Below, piece by piece: positions 1-12,024 of a stretch of 64,000 bases of DNA. Positions within the stretch are counted from its first letter, which is position 1, and every line of letters begins with the position of its first letter. The position numbers and the translations under genes were made by a program. This DNA comes from Oculina patagonica (taxonomy: Eukaryota). Where the stretch lies: positions 29,574,001 to 29,638,000 of the forward strand of contig NC_135769.1 of the NCBI RefSeq assembly GCF_052425735.1, in the 5' to 3' direction. Under the pieces are notes generated by a model. That model was not told where the DNA came from. It ran no database searches and saw only the letters and a list, made by a program, of their open reading frames with translations.

Positions 1-1950
1 TTCGTTTTCTCTCCTCTGTTCCATTTTGATTACCTTCAGCGGTGCGTTTTCCCTACACTTCGAGGCATGCTAAAAGAATCCCAGTGGCATACAGTAAAAG
101 TCCGATGCTCAATAAGGGCTTTTTTAACTACTTTCATTTCACATTAAGTGCAGAACGCAAACCAAAGCAAGATGAAGATATAACCATATACTTGACATAA
201 TTTTTCACATCGATAAAAGCAACAGCTTTCCGTGAAGATAAAACTTTTGAGAGAATCTCTGTTGTAAAGGCCACTGTTTATTTCTCTAATAGACTCAACT
301 TCCGAATGAAATATGTCTTTGTCAGTTGCACCTTACTTGTAAAGCAATTGTCGGTTCAGTTTCTGCTAGAAAATCTAGGAAGGCAACTCAATTAAACTAT
401 ATACAGACATTTTTTAGTTCTACAGTCGCGCTATCGGTAACCAATGCAGTACAGGTTCGCGTTTCTTGGAAAGCGAATACTAAAATTATTTGTGCGTTTG
501 AATTATTTGGATCAAAAGCACTGACTGCAAAACAAGGTCAGAATTGAGCGAGTCAAAATACAGCCTAATTTTCCGCGCCCCTCCACCGGTGGCTAAACGA
601 TATTTAGCTGGTATAGGACAGCTTGAAACTCGAATAAAATTTAACTCGGAGAAATGGACTAATATTATTATTATGGAAGCGCGACTTTTGAGCAATTTGT
701 ATACCAGCGTTGAATCAGTTGACCTAATTTGTGAACGAGGTAAAACTGAGAGATAAATAATTTATCCAAAAGGATCTGTCAACCATTTTTTTAATCAACG
801 TGTCAACGCTTCTCGACGAGAATGCTTCTTTACTCGCTTGTATGTCAATTACAGATCCTAAACTATCGTTGAACACATTAGCGAAAATGCGACTGAAACG
901 AAACCTCGATCTTATCGACTGTTGGAGCAACCGAGAGACAAGCGAATAATTAATCTTGTTATCCACCTAGCTCTTCCGCTGTTATTTTTGGGTGGCTTCA
1001 TATCGCTAGGAGTAGATTTGTACAATGTAGTCAATATTACTCGAAGATCCCTTCAAACATAACATTAAGTACCTTACTGACTTTGCGATTCTGTTCTTGA
1101 TCATACCGAAGCTAGTAAACAGAGTAAAGTTATGCTCTTTTGTGGAAAACAAGCGTAATTTAATCGAAGTTACAGACCTTTAGGTTTACCCGCCTGTTCT
1201 CTATTAATACCCTTAAAGGTGTCTAATTTCAATTTTTAAACCAACTTATATACCACTGAAATTTAGATTCCTACATTCTAACCTATTTTTCGCTTTTCTC
1301 TTTTCTGTTCCATTTTGATAACCTTCAGCAGTGCGTCTCAATCTTCTCAACACTTGAGAGTAGAACCAGGCATGAGAGAAGAACCACTGACGCAGTAAAT
1401 GATAGATCGATTACGAAGGACGAACAACAAAACAACAACAAATGATAGATGCAAACTGAAAACAGCTGGCAAGATGAAAAGTGACTAAAGTTTTCACATT
1501 AACAAAAAGCAAAAGCTTTTCAAGATAAAGATTTGCAATGACTGCGTGAACGAAGTCAGAATTAAGCGAGTCAAAATACAGCGTAATTTTCCTCGCCCTT
1601 TTGCCGGTGAATGGACGAAATTAAGCTAATAAATATAGAACGGCTTGGAACTTGGATAAAATGTAACTGAGAGAAATGGACTGAGAGACTCAGAAGTGTG
1701 ACTTTTGAACAATTCCTTTATCAGTTGCCCTAAGTAGTGAACGAGGTAGAACTAAGAGATAATTTTCCAAAATTAAAGGATCTATCAAACAATTTTTTAG
1801 GCTTTTAATTCGGTTGTAAGGTTTATTATCGTCTTAAATCTCAGTGATCGCGAAAAGTGTTAACGCCTCTCGACGAGACTGCCACTACAGTGAAAATGTG
1901 ACTGACACAAAACAACCTCGAACTGATCGACTGTTGGAGCAACCTAGAGT
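1..1950. repeat. Two diverged tandem copies of a ~1.29-kb non-coding segment (about 1-960 and 1289-1950)
   Basis: Colinear matching blocks: ctgttccattttgat..accttcagc.gtgcg at 15/1304, gtcagaatt.agcgagtcaaaatacagc at 537/1555, gatcgactgttggagcaacc-like at ~913/1925. Confidence 0.8.
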
Positions 1951-4900
1951 CAACCTTATACAAAATAGCTCGTGATAAAAAAAAAAAAAGCTGTGTTAGC
2001 GAGTTGTTCTAGATCCCGGAACATTTGGTGTTTTAAAAGAATGCCCTGCGGCATAATAATCTAAAATAACCTTCACTTTTGCCTTCAAAATTAGTCTAGC
2101 GTTCATCAGACAACCTTATTATCACTGATTTTTAGTGCAGAATGCACTATTGTGATGGTTTGTTGGGGCTGTCGTCCGCTAACCCGCTAGTGCGCTAACG
2201 TGTAAACTTTAATAGTCAATTAATTAATTAATATCAATTAATTAATTATTCCTGTGGAGGGGGTTGGGGTGGGAGCACCTGACCATACCCCCCAAGTAAA
2301 ACGTAGAGCACATCTACGTTACTTTTATATGAGGATCTCAAAGGTATATATTTGTTTCAGTAAAACCTTTGCTCTCCTTGTGGTACTACTCAACGTAATT
2401 TACACCAAACGCATGCGCAGATTAGTCTACGTTGTTTTCTGGAATTATCATGAACATCGCTTGTATTGCGTCTTTGCGGTAGGCTTCCTGCAGACTTCTT
2501 GGCGCCAAGTAAAAACCGCAAATTAATTAAATTAGATTTTGAGACTTTCACAGCGCTTTCGTAATTAGGTATGCAAAAACTTGCACCGGGGTTTTCGGCG
2601 TGAACACCTGATAACCAGGAAACAAATATCCTAGCTGTACTGCGTTTTAAAAAACCTGTCGAAAAATATGTTTTTTGATTAGATTTGTTTCTTTAGTTTT
2701 TGAGAATCGTCTTTCGTGCAGTCTAAACCGTAACTTAATTAAATTAAACAAATGTCATCGATGCCGCCGTAAAACAAACAAAAAACAAAAGTTTCATGTT
2801 ATCGCATTTTCAAGGAAGACAAAAGTATTTTGTTACAAACGAACAAAAGTGTCGTGTTACGTTTGCAAAGATTAGCGTAAGGAACACCTGGGAAAGAATA
2901 CAAGTGGCCTGTGAACAGTTTTTCCGAAAGTAAAATAAAGCAAATAAACACGAACATATATAAAACATCATACTTTCAATTGTTCCATATTGCATTCTGC
3001 ACTTACCAAATCATCGAGATTTTTCTTTTAGTGAGAGCTTATTTTTTGGACATGAGCATCCATTTTTCTATCGTCGTACAATTACGTCTTTTATCTTTTG
3101 ATGACGATTCGAGCCTTGGTTGACGAAAACAAGAAAAAGCCAAAACATTAACATTGGCTCAGCGAGGTATCAAAAACAAAGTTCCCTGAGGCTATGAATG
3201 CGCAAGTAAGATGTATACAATGAGAATTTGTGTTTTTATATATATATCTCTTAATCAGTCCCGAGGAATTGTATTTTATCCATTCACAACTGTTGTAATG
3301 AAATTCACTCTGGCAGTTAAAAAGAAAGTGTTTTAGACGGATAACGTAGCCAAATCACCACTATTAGCGTTTAATGTTTTGTCTATGCCGATGACGGAAA
3401 CAGAAGCTTATTAAACTATAGACGCATATGTTTGCATATCAGTTAGATATCTACGTGGATCGGACAAAGCCTTCATTATAAATTTTAGACTTATTTTCCT
3501 CTACTTCAGATTGCAGACCAGACTATTACTGTAGTGAACATCATAGTGGCAATTTGATATGATTTAACCTTTTTTTTTTCAGGGTATGTTTCGTTATTTT
3601 TTCTCTCGGTAATTTTCACTATTAAACTTACTGCTGGATTTAGTTGAAGTTTCCCAATAAAATATTTTTCCGTTATAAATGCCGTTTTGGGTTGAATTGT
3701 ACACCGACACAATCACAAAGGTCTTGGGTTCCTTTTCTCTCACGAGCACACTCAGAAAAGACCCAACCGTGAAAACGGACGATCACAAAAGCAGTTTAAC
3801 AGAAAACGACCACTTTAACTGAAAACGGCTTAAAATGTTCTGTTGGGAACACGTTTGAACCATTAGTCAGCGAAACTTGTAGCAGTTAAAACCGTTGGTC
3901 CGCCGTTTCCAGGAAAGACCTAAATAGGACAGTGCAGTTGATAGCTTTTATTAGTAACAGGGCCAGCAATATGTTTTTAAGAATTTGAGTTCTGGAACGA
4001 TGTAATATTTAGTGTTGAAATATGGTTAAAAATACTGACCTAAAATCAGGATTCAGTGATCTAAGGTCAATATGGAAAGTACACATCCTCGTTCCCAGAG
4101 CTACGTGTCCCTTTGTTAAAATCTAGCCAATCAAATCATTTGTTAACAGACCCACCATTTCCTCGTGCAAAGGCCCCGCCGGTTATCCAGGCGTGCGTTT
4201 CCCAAAAGTCCCGAAAACTGTTCGGGCCCGAAAACAGTCCCGTAAAGCTCCCGAAAACTCTTTTTCGTGTTTCTCAAAACGCCCGAGAATTTCGTGCCCG
4301 AGAAAATCACTCCATTTTTTCCCGTAAACTTTACGGGAGCTCTTGACCTCCCGAAAACACTTCTGGGGACTTCTTTTGTCGTTATAAAATTACATCTCCA
4401 AAGCACTTTTTATAAAAACAATGGGTGGCGAAAGGCTTGTTTGAAAAGGACAACAGTAAAGGATGTGAGAGAGAGAAAGACGTCTCGAAGAATTCGGTTG
4501 TTTAATTGACAAATTTCAAAACAAACTCCGGCACTCCAAGAAGAACTTTCACTTCGCGAAGAAAAACGTAGCGCGGATAAAAACATACTTGATGGCCGAC
4601 TTTTCCGCCTGAAATTGTTTACAGAAACGTCCGAAATTCATTCAGAGTATGTACAGCAAGTCCGCCAACGTACTGAGTGACAATGATAGAGGAGAATTCA
4701 ACCAAAAGTAACTTTATTCAACCAAACTGATTCAAGGCTCAAAAACACGACAATGGCTGTTTGTAGCGCGACTTCGTAAATTACAAGCTGCGAATAAACA
4801 AAATTAAACAAACGCTTTTTAAAAACACTTACATCAAGCTGCCGTACATTGGTCTACATTAAGTAGCCCAGCGGTGAATGAGTGTTAAAAAAACATTGCT

Positions 4901-5060
4901 GAAACTGTACAAATCGCCAGAGATAAAACTTTGCAGACGATTCATAGTTTTGAATTTGATGCGTACGTGACAAACCCAACTCAGTGCTGCATTAGAATAT
5001 TACATTACTAAATGTCGCAAAGAGGTAAAACAACTTAATTTCAAGCAGCGCGTCTCCAAA

Positions 5061-7004
5061 ATGAATTTGTCTCGGGGTGAACTGACCGCCCTTCTCTCTT
5101 TAAAGCGAAGGACCGACATAGTAATCAAACCCGCCGACAAGGGTGGAGCCGTTGTAGTGTGGGATCGTGACCTTTACATACAGGAAGCTGAACGACAGCT
5201 TGCAGACAACAATTTTTACCAACGTGTTGATGACGACCTGACAACGGAACATCAAAATAAAGTAATTTCAGTTGTCCAACAAGCCATTGCAAATGGAGAA
5301 CTTCCAGCTACAGCTACCATTCTCATTGTAGATCACCCTCGCACTTCCAAGTTTTACCTCCTCCCAAAGATACACAAGCCAGGCAACCCAGGGAGACCTA
5401 TTGTGTCGGCATGCAACTGCCCCACTGAGCTCTTGGCAACTTACCTCGATCAAATCACTTCTCCCTTAGTTCGCAGTTTGCCCAGCTATGTCAAGGACAC
5501 CAACCACATGCTCGACATCGCGCAGACTTTTAGCTATCCGACGACCAGCGCTAATCGTTTTGTGTTCACAATGGACATCAAGTCTTTGTACACAGTAATA
5601 CCAAACAACGATGGCCTTTTAGCGTTAACACATTTCTTAGACAAACGGCCAGTGCTGGAACCACCTACGCATACTTTAGTACGCCTTGCAGAGTTGGTCC
5701 TCACACTTAACAGCTTCAGTTTCAATGGAGGTTTCTACCAACAAACGGGTGGCGTGGCAATGGGAAGTAGACTGGGGCCCAACTACGCCTGTCTGTTCGT
5801 CGGCCACGTCGAAGAACAGATTTTCCAACAGTATCCTGAGAGGAAGCCTGACCTCTACATGCGTTATATTGATGACATTGTAGGGGCAGCTGCTTGTAGC
5901 AAGAGCGAACTTGACGACTTTGCCACGTTCGTTAACAACTTTCATCCAAGCCTTCAGTTCACCTGGGCCATCAGTGACAAACAGCTTCCTTTCCTAGACC
6001 TCTTCCTGAAGCCAACACCTCAAGGACTAGCGACAACCATTCACTACAAGGAAACCGACTCACACTCGTATCTCACGTACACTTCGGCACATCCTGTCCA
6101 GTGTAAGAACTCCGTCCCTTATAGCCAGTTTCTACGCCTCAAACGAATATGCAGTGACGAAAATGACTATAACACCAAAAGCAAAGAAATGTCATCTTTC
6201 TTTCTGCACCGTGAGTATCCTCCAGCAGTTGTAGAGCGAGCCCTCCAACGCGTCAACAGCATCTCCCGCGAAACTGCCTTGCGACCATCTAACGACGGGC
6301 AATCCAACGAGCAAGTTATCCCCTTGGTATTAACTTACAACCCAATCAACCGCCACGTGAAGAACATTCTTTCAAAGAACTTCTCTCTGCTCAAATCAGA
6401 TCCTGAAACAAAGGAACTCTTTGACAACTCGCGCGTACTCGGTGCTTACCGCCGGGACACCAATTTAAGAGATTCCTTGGTTCGCAGCAGTCTTCAATCC
6501 GGCGCTAACACAGGGGATGAACCCCATGGAACCTTTCCGTGCCACCGCCCACGATGCAGGACCTGCGCCCATACCAATCCAGCCTCCCAGATCAACACCC
6601 CTGGTGGACCGCTGACAATACGACAAAGGTTCTCGTGCACGACCAGTAACATCGTTTATATTATCACTTGTCGTGCATGCACCATGTCGTACATTGGCGA
6701 AACAGGACGTAGGCTCGGTGACAGGTTCTGCGAACATTTAAGATCTGTCGAGAGGAAAGTTGACCTGCCCGTAGCAAAACATTTCTCCTCGCCTGGTCAC
6801 ACAACAGATGACATGATGGTGTCTGTTGTGCGATCAGGCCTTACGAACATCAGAGAAAGACGCAGCGCGGAAGGCCGCCTGATCTTCAAATGCCGCACTC
6901 TACAGCCGCGCGGCATAAACATTGACTTTGCTTTTATTCAAATGGACTCAGTTAGCGCGCGCGCACGCAATGTTGCCACATTCAAAGAAAATGACGCGCG
7001 CTGA
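5061..7004 (+). CDS. Penelope-like reverse transcriptase + GIY-YIG endonuclease (N-terminally incomplete)
   Basis: IKPADKGG, LPKIHK..PGRPIVS, MDIKSLYT, GVAMGS, RYIDD, FLDL, thumb PYSQFLRLKRICS, Cys linker CHRPRCRTC, and NIVYIITC..C..SYIGETGRRLGDRF.EH endonuclease; no internal stop over 647 aa. Confidence 0.95.
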   Translation: MNLSRGELTALLSLKRRTDIVIKPADKGGAVVVWDRDLYIQEAERQLADNNFYQRVDDDLTTEHQNKVISVVQQAIANGELPATATILIVDHPRTSKFYLLPKIHKPGNPGRPIVSACNCPTELLATYLDQITSPLVRSLPSYVKDTNHMLDIAQTFSYPTTSANRFVFTMDIKSLYTVIPNNDGLLALTHFLDKRPVLEPPTHTLVRLAELVLTLNSFSFNGGFYQQTGGVAMGSRLGPNYACLFVGHVEEQIFQQYPERKPDLYMRYIDDIVGAAACSKSELDDFATFVNNFHPSLQFTWAISDKQLPFLDLFLKPTPQGLATTIHYKETDSHSYLTYTSAHPVQCKNSVPYSQFLRLKRICSDENDYNTKSKEMSSFFLHREYPPAVVERALQRVNSISRETALRPSNDGQSNEQVIPLVLTYNPINRHVKNILSKNFSLLKSDPETKELFDNSRVLGAYRRDTNLRDSLVRSSLQSGANTGDEPHGTFPCHRPRCRTCAHTNPASQINTPGGPLTIRQRFSCTTSNIVYIITCRACTMSYIGETGRRLGDRFCEHLRSVERKVDLPVAKHFSSPGHTTDDMMVSVVRSGLTNIRERRSAEGRLIFKCRTLQPRGINIDFAFIQMDSVSARARNVATFKENDAR

Positions 7005-7019
7005 CTTTAACGGCTATTT

Positions 7020-7057
7020 TCCACTGATGAAGGGACAGAAGTCCCGAAACGTCTGGA
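7020..7057 (+). ncRNA. Minimal type I hammerhead ribozyme
   Basis: tcca-CTGATGA-a-gggac(agaa)gtccc-GAAA-C-GTC-tgga: stem I tcca/tgga, perfect 5-bp stem II, palindromic ACGT in place of helix III; predicted cleavage after C7053. Confidence 0.9.
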
Positions 7058-7627
7058 TTTATTTACAAAAATTAGCGCATAAACGAAACTCTAACTTTAT
7101 TATGTGATCAACAGACTGCGCTACACAGTTTTTAACAATATTTTGACAATATTGTGGTCTTATTATCAGTGCAGCGGTGTCAATTGCAATTTTTGAGCCA
7201 ATCACAGGCTGGAAAATTGAAGCACGCGCTATTTCTTGCGTTACAAATCCCGAAAACCTCCCCGAAAAATACGGGACACTTTCGGACCTTTTGAGAACCG
7301 CTTTTCCGAACCCGAGAAACGCGCCCGAAAAGAGCCCCGAGAAGTATTCGGGACCGAGAAGTTCTCGGGACTTTTGAGAAACGGGCCCAGGCCTCGACAA
7401 TCCAGTCCCCTGTCCAAGTCAACCATATTGTGCCATCGGAAGGAAATATTCTTAAAAATCTGTAACTCTAGTTGAAAAATTATATCAGTATCTCACCAAG
7501 TTTAAGTCAAAAAGGTAACTGAGCTGTATCATTTATATATGATCAAGTTTTTCTGGGAACATTTGAAACGGCCTTATTTATATGCCAAAAACTCAGTAAG
7601 TTCCATAGCGAGACCTGAAGTATCTTA

Positions 7628-8166
7628 GGGCCTGTTTACATGATTCCGGAATGACTTTCATTCCGGAACGAGTTCATTCCATCCCCATACATTTCTCTGT
7701 ATCTGTTTACATGATACCGAGACGAAAGTCAAGTCATTCCGGAATGAGTTCATTCCGGTTTTCATTCCGGAATGAAACTTTCATTCTGGAATGACATTTC
7801 ATTCTGGTATCATGTAAACGCAGAACGAATTTCGTTCCGAGATGAAATCACAACTCATGAAACCACATACGGACTCCACAGTTTGAATACAGAGCGAAAA
7901 ACGTAATAGCATTCACTATTTAGCCCAGTGAAGCAGCTCTATGGTCAAAGTACTCGTTAAAATTGCAGATACGGCCATTAATAGGTACAAAAACATGTTT
8001 GCGCGAAACATGCGCCATCTTGTTTTGATCTCGCGCGAAAACCGCGCACGTGAAAATGCCTTTGGTTGAACCAGTCGACTCTGTCATGTAAATGCAGAAC
8101 GAACCTCATTCCGGAACAAGTTTCGTTCCGGAATGAAAGTCATTCCGGAATCATGTAAACAGGCCC
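7628..8166. mobile_element. PIF/Harbinger (Tourist-like) MITE
   Basis: TIR gggcctgtttacatgattccggaatgactttcattccggaacga / inverse ending 8166; 3-bp TTA target duplication (7625-7627, 8167-8169). Confidence 0.88.
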
Positions 8167-8389
8167 TTAGTCAATATAATGTCCTTTTTTAACAGGAGAA
8201 CGTGACTGAAGCCAACTGAAGGTGAGTAGCGTTGATCAGTTAAAAGGTGAATAAGTGAAACAAAGTGGTCAGTTGAGTCCAGCGCGAAGAGGAAAAAACC
8301 GCTTTGTTTCTGGCCCCAGTAAGTGAGGGGAAATCAAATTTAAATGCAGCGAAGTAAACATACATTAGGAAACGTGAAGAGAAGAGAAT

Positions 8390-11160
8390 CAAAGTGAAGT
8401 TAAATGAAGTCGAGTGAATTTGAGTCTTAACACGACACCAGCGTAAGAAGGCAGGGAAGACAAGTCAAGTTGAGTGAATCAGACTGAAGTCAAGTGAAGG
8501 AAAGTGAAACTGATGGAACAAAAAGAAGTCGAGTGAAACAAACTGAGGTTGAGTGAAGCAAAAAAGAGTTCAGTGAAATAAGGTGAGGTAGAGTGAAGCA
8601 AAGTGAAGTGAAGTGAAGCTATGGTGCAGTCGACGGTCTGGCAAAGTGAGGTTAAGTGAGGTCAAGTGAACTTGAGTGGAACAAGTAAAGTTGAGTAAGA
8701 CGAAGTGAAGTTGAGTGAAACAAAGTGAAGTTAAGAAAAGCAAAGTGAAGTTGAGTGAAGCAAAGTGAAGTTGAGTGAAGCGAAGTGAAGTTGAGTGATG
8801 CAAAGTGAATTTGAGTGAAGGAAAGTGAAGTTGAGTGAAGCAAAGAGAAGTTGAGTGAAGGAAAGAGAAGTTGAGTGAAGGAAAGAGAAGTTGAGTGAAG
8901 CGAAGTGAAGTTGAGTGAAGGAAAGTGAAGTTGAGTAAAGCAAAGAAAACCTGAGTGAAGCAAAGATCAGAAGTTGAGTGAAGCAAAGTGAAGTTGAGTG
9001 AAGCAAAAGAAGTTGAGTGAAGCAAAGTGAAGTTGAGTGAAGCAAAGAGAAGTTGAGTGAAGCGAAGTGAAGTTGAGTGAAGGAAAGTGAAGTTGAGTAA
9101 AGCAAAGAAAACTTGAGTGAAGCAAAGATCAGAAGTTGAGTGAAGCAAAGTGAAGTTGAGTGAAGCAAAGTGAAGTTGGGTGATGCAAAGTGAAGTTGAG
9201 TAAAGCAAAGTGAAGTTAAGTGATGCAAAGTGAAGTTGAGTGAAGCAAAGAGAAGTTGAGTGAAGCAAAGAGAAGTTGAGTGAAGCAAAGTGAAGTTGAT
9301 TGAAGCAAAGTGAAGTTGCGTGATGCAAAGTGAAGTTGAGTGAAGCAAAGAGAAGTTGAGTGAAGCAAAGTGAAGTTGAGTGAAGCAAAGTGAAGTTCAG
9401 TGAAGCAAAGAAAAGTTGAGTGAAGCAAAGTGAAGTTGAATGAAGCAAAGTGAAGTTGAGTGATGCAAAGTGAAGTTGACTGAAGGAAAGTGAAGTTGAG
9501 TGAAGCAAAGAGAAGTTGAGTGAAGAAAAGTGAAGTTATGTGAAGCAAAGTGAAGTTGAGTGAAGCAAAGTGAATTTAAGTGAAGCAAAGAGAAGTTGAC
9601 TGAAGCAAAGAGAAGTTCAGTGAAGCAAAGTGAAGTTGAGTGAAGCAAAGAGAAGTTCAGTGAAGCAAAGAGAAGTTGCGTGAAGCAAAGTGAAGTTGAA
9701 CTGAAGCAAAGTGAAGTTGAGTGATGCAAAGTGAAGTTTTGTGAAGGAAAGTAAAGTTGAGTGAAGCAAAGAGAAGTTGGGTGAAGCAAAGTGAAGTTGA
9801 GTGAAGCAAAGAGAAGTTGAGTAAAGCAAAGAGAAGTTGAGTGAAGCAAAGAGAAGTTGAGTGAAGCAAAGTGAAGTTGAGTGAAGCAAAGTGAAGTTGA
9901 GTGATGCAAAGTGAAGTTGAGTGAAGCAAAGAGAAGTTGAGTGAAGCAAAGAGAAGTTGAGTGAAGCAAAGAGAAGTTGAGTGGTGCAAAATGAAGTTGA
10001 GTGAAGCAAAGTGAAGTTGAGTGAAGCAAAGAGAAGTTCGGTGAAGCAAAGTAAAGTTGAGTGAAGCAAAGTGAAGTTGAGTGAAGCAAAGTAAAGTTGA
10101 GTGAAGCAAAGTGAAGTTGAGTGAAGCAAAGTAAAGTTGAGTGAAGCAAAGTGAAGTTGAGTGAAGCAAAGTTAAGTTGAGTGAAGCAAAGTGAATTTGA
10201 GTGATGCAAAGTGAAGTTTTGTGAAGGAAAGTAAAGTTGAGTGAAGCAAAGAGAAGTTGGGTGAAGCAAAGTGAAGTTGAGTGCAGCAAAGAGAAGTTGA
10301 GTGAAGCAAAGAGAAGTTCAGTGAAGCAAAGAGAAGTTCAGTGAAGCAAAGTGAAGTTGAGTGAAGCAAAGTGAAGTTGAGTGATGCAAAGTGAAGTTGA
10401 GTGAAGCAAAGAGAAGTTGAGTGAAGCAAAGAGAAGTTGAGTGAAGCAAAGAGAAGTTGAGTGGTGCAAAATGAAGTTGAGTGAAGCAAAGTGAAGTTGA
10501 GTGAAGCAAAGAGAAGTTCGGTGAAGCAAAGTAAAGTTGAGTGAAGCAAAGTGAAGTTGAGTGAAGCAAAGTAAAGTTGAGTGAAGCAAAGTAAAGTTGA
10601 GTGAAGCAAAGTGAAGTTGAGTGAAGCAAAGTTAAGTTGAGTGAAGCAAAGTGAAGTTGAGTGATGCAAAGTGAAGTTGACTGAAGGAAAGTGAAGTTGA
10701 GTGAAGCAAAGTGAAGTTGAGTGATGCAAAGTGAAGTTGACTGAAGGAAAGTGAAGTTGAGTGAAGCAAAGTGAAGTTGAGTGAAGCAAAAAGAAGTTGA
10801 GTGAAGCAAAGAGAAGTTGACTGAAGCAAAGAGAAGTTCAGTGAAGCAAAGTGAAGTTGAGTGAAGCAAAGAGAAGTTGAGTGAAGCAAAGAGAAGTTGC
10901 GTGAAGCAAAGTGAAGTTGAATGAAGCAAAGTGAAGTTGAGTGATGCCAAGTGGAGTTAAGTGAAGGCAAGTGAAGTTGAGCGAAGCAAAGAGAAGTTGG
11001 GTGAAGCAAAGTGAAGTTGAGTGAATTAAGGAAAGGAATTGAGTGAAGCAAAGTGAAGTTGAGTGAATTAAGGAAAGGAATTGAGTGAAGCAAAGTGAAG
11101 TTGAGTGAAGCAAAATGAAGTTGAGTAAAGCAAAGTAAAGTTGAGTGAAGCAAAGTGAAA
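8390..11160. repeat. 20-bp satellite (GAGTGAAGCAAAGTGAAGTT)n, ~130 units, with a 480-bp higher-order duplication
   Basis: Direct inspection; diagnostic variants recur 480 bp apart (gtgaagttttgtgaaggaaa at 9731/10211, gtggtgcaaaatgaag at 9981/10461); edges are degenerate. Confidence 0.97.
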
Positions 11161-11800
11161 CCTGTAAGTGAATCCAAGGGAAGATGAGATAAGGAAGGTG
11201 AAGTGTTGTTAAGTCAAATGAAGATAACTATATGTACATTAATATCCGACTGGGGCGGAGAAGGGGAGTTTAGTATAGGGAGGAAGCTTATTTATAATTT
11301 TATCCCTGAAAGGAAGAGGCTTTGTATAGGGAAGGGGCTAAATAAATTTGTTTGGCCTATTATGAACATGGAAAACGGCTTGATCTTACCTTCAATAAAA
11401 ATGAGGTTTCTTCGTATAAAGTAAGTTGGCACACTAGCTCATTTTTCCTCGGGATGACTCTACGATTTATGTAGCGTAACCTCATCACTATAACCCCTGG
11501 TGAAAGCTTCATTGGACATTCAAAGTCGAATTCAAAAAGATCAAAAAGCTAAGGAAGCTCGGTGAGCTAAGCCATGACACCGAAATATTTGGAACGCTGA
11601 CTAAATCTCTGCATTCTGAATAGTTATTCTTTACCAGCAAAAAATAAAAAAATCACTGAGTGCTTTTGTGAGAGAATGGTTTTGCCAATATTTAATAGTT
11701 TGGTAACTTAGTAACAGGGGCAATCTAATTCATCATTTTCCTTCCGTTTAAATTTCCCATCTGAAATCAAGACAAAAGCCAAAGTCATTTTATAAAACTC

Positions 11801-11806
11801 TTTATT
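11801..11806 (-). terminator. Probable polyadenylation signal of the dermatopontin-like gene
   Basis: AATAAA on the minus strand ~220 nt downstream of the stop codon. Confidence 0.55.
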
Positions 11807-12024
11807 ATCCCATCACCATACAGCTTAGCTCAGCAAAGCACCATGCATTTTTCCTTTAAATTACATTTCATGTAAATGTAAAAACCTTAAATTTCTCCAC
11901 CTTATATCTTCCCTCACCAGTAAGCTTTGGTATTCTTATTCTACTAAACTACGTTTTAGGCGCTGGACGTCTTAATGCTCCCTGTTCAGAATGCTTCTTC
12001 TTGGTGCGTGCTTTAAAACGGTTC

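Larger units (their letters stand above)
4985..7110 (+). mobile_element. Penelope-like retroelement (Neptune-type), 5'-truncated, with 3' pseudo-LTR
   Basis: Frame is open upstream of the called Met (SAALEYYITKCRKEVKQLNF from 4983); RT followed by GIY-YIG endonuclease; hammerhead ribozyme just after the stop codon. Both ends are approximate. Confidence 0.92.
4191..7388. mobile_element. Non-autonomous TIR element (Harbinger-like MITE) that hosts the Penelope insertion
   Basis: Left end gcgtttcccaaaagtcccgaaaactgttcgggcccgaa (from ~4195) is the inverted counterpart of ttcgggaccgagaagttctcgggacttttgagaaacgggccc (ending 7388); cccgaaaa subterminal repeats at both ends. TSD not resolved. A related copy lies at ~31248-31470. 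Confidence 0.65.

Noticed and set aside
8390-11160. CRISPR-like array
   Set aside because: Units are contiguous with no unique spacers, there are no cas genes, and the DNA is eukaryotic. The same applies to the 95-bp and 41-bp arrays.
8570-11177. Many long minus-strand ORFs with HSTSLCFTQLHFASLNFTLL repeats
   Set aside because: All three frames give the same peptide because a stop-free 20-bp unit is repeated; this is satellite translation with no splice or start context.
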